DNA of 63,841 bases, counting the filler, from an uncultured Methanosarcinales archaeon (GTDB lineage Archaea > Nanobdellota > Nanobdellia > Woesearchaeales > CAYSVS01), in assembly GCA_964434475.1 (NCBI GenBank). It is 3 parts of 3 records of this genome, joined end to end, with 100 filler letters (N's around TTAATTAATTAA, not from the genome) between each part and the next. Parts side by side here need not be neighbours in the genome. Positions count along the whole stretch, not along the records: positions 60,133 to 63,841 come from CAYSVS010000088.1; 2 more parts are not named here. The stretch is one strand, 5' to 3'. The translations under genes were made by a program, and so were the position numbers. Below the pieces are notes generated by a model. It was not told where the DNA came from. It saw nothing but the letters and a program-made list of their open reading frames with translations, and searched no databases. Positions within the stretch are counted from its first letter, which is position 1. Every line of letters begins with the position of its first letter. Of the stretch, positions 60,158-63,841 are shown piece after piece.

Positions 60158-60370
60158 CTAAACAGCAATTATGCAAAGTTCTCTTAATAATATCATTACA
60201 CCCAAAGAATGTTCATATCTCGTTACTGTTTTACCTTCTATTGCATATTGAGAAGCACCTGCTTGATTTATTCCCTTTAGTCTTTGAATGGGTTTGGAAT
60301 TAATCAGTTCAATTAAAATAGGTTCTTGAATTATAGTTCTACCATATACTCTGTCGTTAATGTTCATCAT
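60158..60370 (-). pseudogene. Truncated HD-domain phosphohydrolase
   Basis: DRVYG...QRLKGINQ.G...TRYEHSLGV, then a stop before the HD motif. Confidence 0.7.
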
Positions 60371-60437
60371 AAAATTATAAAAAAGGTAATTTTAATAAAT
60401 CTTGTGGTTAGCCCTCAATTTTTTTAGTAAAAATTCG

Positions 60438-60515
60438 ATTGCAATTAACATCGGGCTAATTCCTGTTAGTTTCTTTTCCCATACGAAGTGTGGGAAAATT
60501 GCGTCCGTAAAGTTT
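60438..60515. repeat. Conserved structured intergenic element, copy A
   Basis: Homologous to 62154-62228 with a covarying 7-bp stem. Confidence 0.7.
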
Positions 60516-60621
60516 ATATTTTGGCTAATTATAGAAAGCGAAGCGATACTATCTATTTTAGTTTTTAGGCGGGAAGAAAACGAAAGATTTATATATTTCT
60601 AGTTATATATACTTATATAAC

Positions 60622-60888
60622 ATGAAAGCAAAACAAATTTTACACTATCCGCAATTGGACACGGTACTTATGGTAGAGGAATTTATCAAATCACACGGCG
60701 GAGAATATAAAAAAAGAAGCTTGTGGGAAAATCTACCTAAAAAGATGATGTATCAGACTTTTTGTGTTATTTTTGATTATCTTTTAGATTCTCATAAAAT
60801 TGCAGTGGATAAAGAAGGTAAAATTTGTTGGATTTGGAATCCTAAACTGGTAAAAAAATATCTTGCGAGGACTGATTTAGGAAGATGA
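60622..60888 (+). CDS. Putative antitoxin (winged-helix)
   Basis: YPQLDTVLMVE...LW..LPKKMMYQT; ATGA overlap with the toxin. Confidence 0.65.
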   Translation: MKAKQILHYPQLDTVLMVEEFIKSHGGEYKKRSLWENLPKKMMYQTFCVIFDYLLDSHKIAVDKEGKICWIWNPKLVKKYLARTDLGR

Positions 60889-61214
60889 AATCTACAATTA
60901 GATTTGCAGAAGAGAAACTTAAAGCAACTCTTAAGAAATTAAAGAATTCTAAAACAGAAGATCAAAAATTGTATAAATGGATTGATCGAGCTCTCGATGA
61001 TATTGAGAATGATGCATTTTGTGCGACACAAGTTCCAAAGAGACTAATACCTAAAGAATACATTCAAAAATATGGTATCGATAATCTTTGGAAATATGAT
61101 TTACCAACTGATTGGAGACTTCTATATTCTATTGCGAATCATGAAGTAATTGTTGTTTCTATCATAATTGAATGGATGCCACATAAAGAATACGAAATAA
61201 AATTTAAGTATTAA
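60885..61214 (+). CDS. RelE-like toxin
   Basis: IPKEY.......NLWKYDLP..WRLLYSI...H.EY. Confidence 0.75.
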   Translation: MKSTIRFAEEKLKATLKKLKNSKTEDQKLYKWIDRALDDIENDAFCATQVPKRLIPKEYIQKYGIDNLWKYDLPTDWRLLYSIANHEVIVVSIIIEWMPHKEYEIKFKY

Positions 61215-61252
61215 TTTTTTCTTCACGCCTTATTTTTTAAGCCAAAATATAA

Positions 61253-61284
61253 ATTGATTATAACATTAGGATCCTTGTTATACG
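61253..61284. repeat. Short TAAC...GTTA cassette boundary site
   Basis: TATAACA-TTAGGATCCT-TGTTATA, same core as copies A and B. Confidence 0.55.
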
Positions 61285-61345
61285 TTTTTTCTGCAAGAAA
61301 AAATCGCGGAATGAAATGGAGCGACAGTATGACGCAAGGGGCACA

Positions 61346-62107
61346 TTACACTCGTTTGAAATATTCTTTTGAAACCCATTTGCCAAAATTATTAAGAATT
61401 AAGGTCGCACTATTCCTATCTGGCGATTTGCTTTTAGCCATTTTCAAAACAGCATTTATTTGTTGCTTTTTTTCTGGATAGTGTTTAGTAAAAATTTTTG
61501 TCATTTCATCAAGATCAGTAGTCCAATAATTTTCATCTTCCATCACGATAGAGAAAGCCGTTCTGATAATCTTTTTCATTATTGATTTTATTTGAAGTTT
61601 AGCATCTTCGGAATTTGCAGATTTTATCTTTTTACTTGCGTCATCAATGTTTTTATCAACATCTGAATGCAAATTTCTAGCTAATTTTTTTGTTGGGCTA
61701 AACTTCATTTCTTTTTGAAAAAGATTATTTCCAAAAATTTTCACGCTTAGAATTGTGAGAAAAAATCTCCAACCGAAAGCTTCTTTGCCTCGAAAAACTT
61801 CATTTTTGTAAGTGATAGCAAAACCAACTTCTCTGAATGCTTTTTGATACTTTTGTGAAAGTGAATTTTCTAATTCTTTTAATTGAGTTTTGAATTTTAG
61901 TGTTGGTTTTGTTTTTAGAACTACAACTATATCTAAATCAGAGGTTGGAGATTTTGCTTTCCCTGTAGCAACACTTCCATACAAATAAATGCTGTGAATC
62001 TTATCAGAAAATTTCAGCAATTCAGATTTTACATCTTTTACAATTGGTTTATATTTTGCTGAAACTTTTTTGAGTGCGACCTCTTTTTTAATGTAAATGG
62101 GTTTCAT
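61346..62107 (-). CDS. Nucleotidyltransferase domain protein
   Basis: SIYLYGSVATG.A....SDLDIVVV. Confidence 0.85.
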   Translation of the reverse strand: MKPIYIKKEVALKKVSAKYKPIVKDVKSELLKFSDKIHSIYLYGSVATGKAKSPTSDLDIVVVLKTKPTLKFKTQLKELENSLSQKYQKAFREVGFAITYKNEVFRGKEAFGWRFFLTILSVKIFGNNLFQKEMKFSPTKKLARNLHSDVDKNIDDASKKIKSANSEDAKLQIKSIMKKIIRTAFSIVMEDENYWTTDLDEMTKIFTKHYPEKKQQINAVLKMAKSKSPDRNSATLILNNFGKWVSKEYFKRV

Positions 62108-62153
62108 ATTTTAAAAATAAACTTTGAAATATATAAATGTGCCCCTGAGTAAT

Positions 62154-62228
62154 ATTGCGTATAACATCGGGGGCCCTGTTATGCTCTCAGACCCTACGCA
62201 GTGGGGTCTGATTTCGTCCGAAAAGTTT
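62154..62228. repeat. Conserved structured intergenic element, copy B
   Basis: Homologous to 60438-60515. Confidence 0.7.
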
Positions 62229-62364
62229 GCCCCCAAGCGTTCTATTAATACTTAAGTTGCTAGAAAAAGAAGCAAGGAAGTGCCCGCTGTTAGGTATTTA
62301 ATACTCATTAATTAGTAGTAACAAATAGAAAAGTTTATAAAGTAGATGTTTTACTATTATATTC

Positions 62365-63219
62365 ATGGGAAAATCACATATAGAATTACATGTTCATCCA
62401 TTTTTAGGTAAAAATTCTTTAGTTGATGTAGTTGAAGCTATGAAAAATACAAGCTTAGATATTCTTGCATTAGAATCACTTGATGGTTCATTATATGCCT
62501 ATGTTGTAGCAGAAGCTAAAAAAGCTTACCCACAGTCACAAGATGATTCTGCTGGAGTAAGACTTCCAAATGGAAGATATCTACTTAATGCTAGAGAGTA
62601 CAATACACGTAAAGGTTTTCATGTTTTAACAGTGGGATATTCTTTAGATACAGCAAATCCACAAACAGAGATTAGAAGAGTTATTGATGCTGGATTAGAG
62701 AATGGAGCTTTAATTCTTTTAGATCATCCATTTATAGATAATGGAAAAACAAAGACAGCAGGTCATATTTCTGAACATATGGAACAAGAATTAGAGAAAT
62801 TATGCAAAGAATATTCAGGACAAGTGACTTTAGAATGGAATGGATATTGTATTCCATGGATGAGACAAGCATTAAAACATGGATTAAATGCAGGTGGTTT
62901 TGACATTAAATATCATGATGTAAATCAAAGAGCCGAAGAATTGTCAAAATCATTAAGTGAAGAAGGATATAATGTTCCAGTTTTGGCAGATACTGATTTA
63001 CATGCAAGAACAAAAAGACATTTACAACATATGGGAACAGCAAGAATAGTTACTGATATTCAAGGAAATTCTGGAAAAGAAGTTGTTGAATCTATGAGGC
63101 GAAATATTTTTGATGGTAAATATGAGAATGTTAAGCAATATGTAAGTTCTTTACATTTACTTGAAGCTTTTTGTGTTCCTATTTTAATGCCAAATCAATT
63201 CCATAAACCAAGAGCTTAG
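62365..63219 (+). CDS. PHP-like metal-dependent phosphoesterase
   Basis: ELHVH, FHVL.VG, LDHPF, LEWNG, DTDLH. Confidence 0.7.
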   Translation: MGKSHIELHVHPFLGKNSLVDVVEAMKNTSLDILALESLDGSLYAYVVAEAKKAYPQSQDDSAGVRLPNGRYLLNAREYNTRKGFHVLTVGYSLDTANPQTEIRRVIDAGLENGALILLDHPFIDNGKTKTAGHISEHMEQELEKLCKEYSGQVTLEWNGYCIPWMRQALKHGLNAGGFDIKYHDVNQRAEELSKSLSEEGYNVPVLADTDLHARTKRHLQHMGTARIVTDIQGNSGKEVVESMRRNIFDGKYENVKQYVSSLHLLEAFCVPILMPNQFHKPRA

Positions 63220-63746
63220 ATAAAATCAGAAATCTTATGTTTTATTTCCTCGTGCCAAAGCCAACCTAATAATATTACTGCATCTAATGCTTCTAGAATA
63301 TTTGGTAAACTAAAATAAGTTATTATATGAATTTTCCATGCTTGCATTGAGAAAGGGAATAACCACATAATGCCTTCATACCTTCCACCACCAATAAAGT
63401 AATCTAAAAAGATATGTAATAATATTGCGAATGTTGCTACATAAAAATATGTTGCTTGCTTATGTTTTTTCTTTTTCCATAGGATTATAGCAGGAATCAA
63501 GAATAAAAATGCAAAGAATGGAGTGTGTGTTATTCCCCCATGCTGTAATAAAGATGAAACATTAAAATTGAAAAAATTTGCAACCATTCTTACTACGATG
63601 TCAATATCAGGTAAGAGTCCAAAAAATCCTGCAAGAAAAATAGTGTGGATCGTAAAATATTTTTTGTGTTTTGTGACATAATCTCTATATAAATCCACTA
63701 TGATGATGCTGGTTAAAATATGAGTTACTGCTAATGGCATATTCAT
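63216..63746 (-). CDS. YdjM-like membrane metal-dependent hydrolase
   Basis: TH, LLPDID, HGGITHT, HIFLD, LFPF. Confidence 0.85.
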   Translation of the reverse strand: MNMPLAVTHILTSIIIVDLYRDYVTKHKKYFTIHTIFLAGFFGLLPDIDIVVRMVANFFNFNVSSLLQHGGITHTPFFAFLFLIPAIILWKKKKHKQATYFYVATFAILLHIFLDYFIGGGRYEGIMWLFPFSMQAWKIHIITYFSLPNILEALDAVILLGWLWHEEIKHKISDFI

Positions 63747-63841
63747 TATTAATTAAATTAAATGTTTATTAATGTTTCTAAAGAATCTGGAGTTGTGCAG
63801 ATTTAAACTCTAGCCTTGGCTAAACCTCTAAATATTGCCTC

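Noticed and set aside
62154..62228. Hammerhead ribozyme (GGACGAAA on the minus strand)
   Set aside because: No CTGANGA core, and GAAA is not conserved in copy A

Overview
The window is three unrelated contigs joined by artificial N-TTAATTAATTAA-N linkers (30793-30892, 60033-60132). Contig 1 (1-30792, very AT-rich) is most of a Bacteroidota-type mobilizable/conjugative plasmid. It has a Rep protein with nine iterons, a parS-like palindrome, a long operon of small genes with ardC and a stop-interrupted DNA methyltransferase, ParA plus partner, oriT-MobC-relaxase-coupling protein, a TOPRIM primase, a resolvase and a Fic protein. Its most unusual feature is at 23572-24705: two copies of a cas-less guide-RNA-like cassette. 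Each has a boxA-like motif, a conserved 112-nt tracrRNA/omegaRNA-like segment abutting the first repeat, and a CRISPR mini-array (36-nt repeats, about 30-nt spacers). One cassette directly follows an ORF whose last 40 aa look like a Cas12f/TnpB C-terminus. Contig 2 (30893-60032) looks like DPANN (Woesearchaeota-like) chromosome: a glycogen cluster, a glmS-HAD-HAD-glmM-glmU-HIT-HIT operon, TA modules, an HPr-like protein and a voltage-sensor/APC-permease/methyltransferase-like fusion. Contig 3 (60133-63841) is also archaeal-like and carries gene cassettes bounded by cassette-specific inverted repeats and a conserved structured intergenic element. All family assignments come from reading motifs by eye; no database searches were run.
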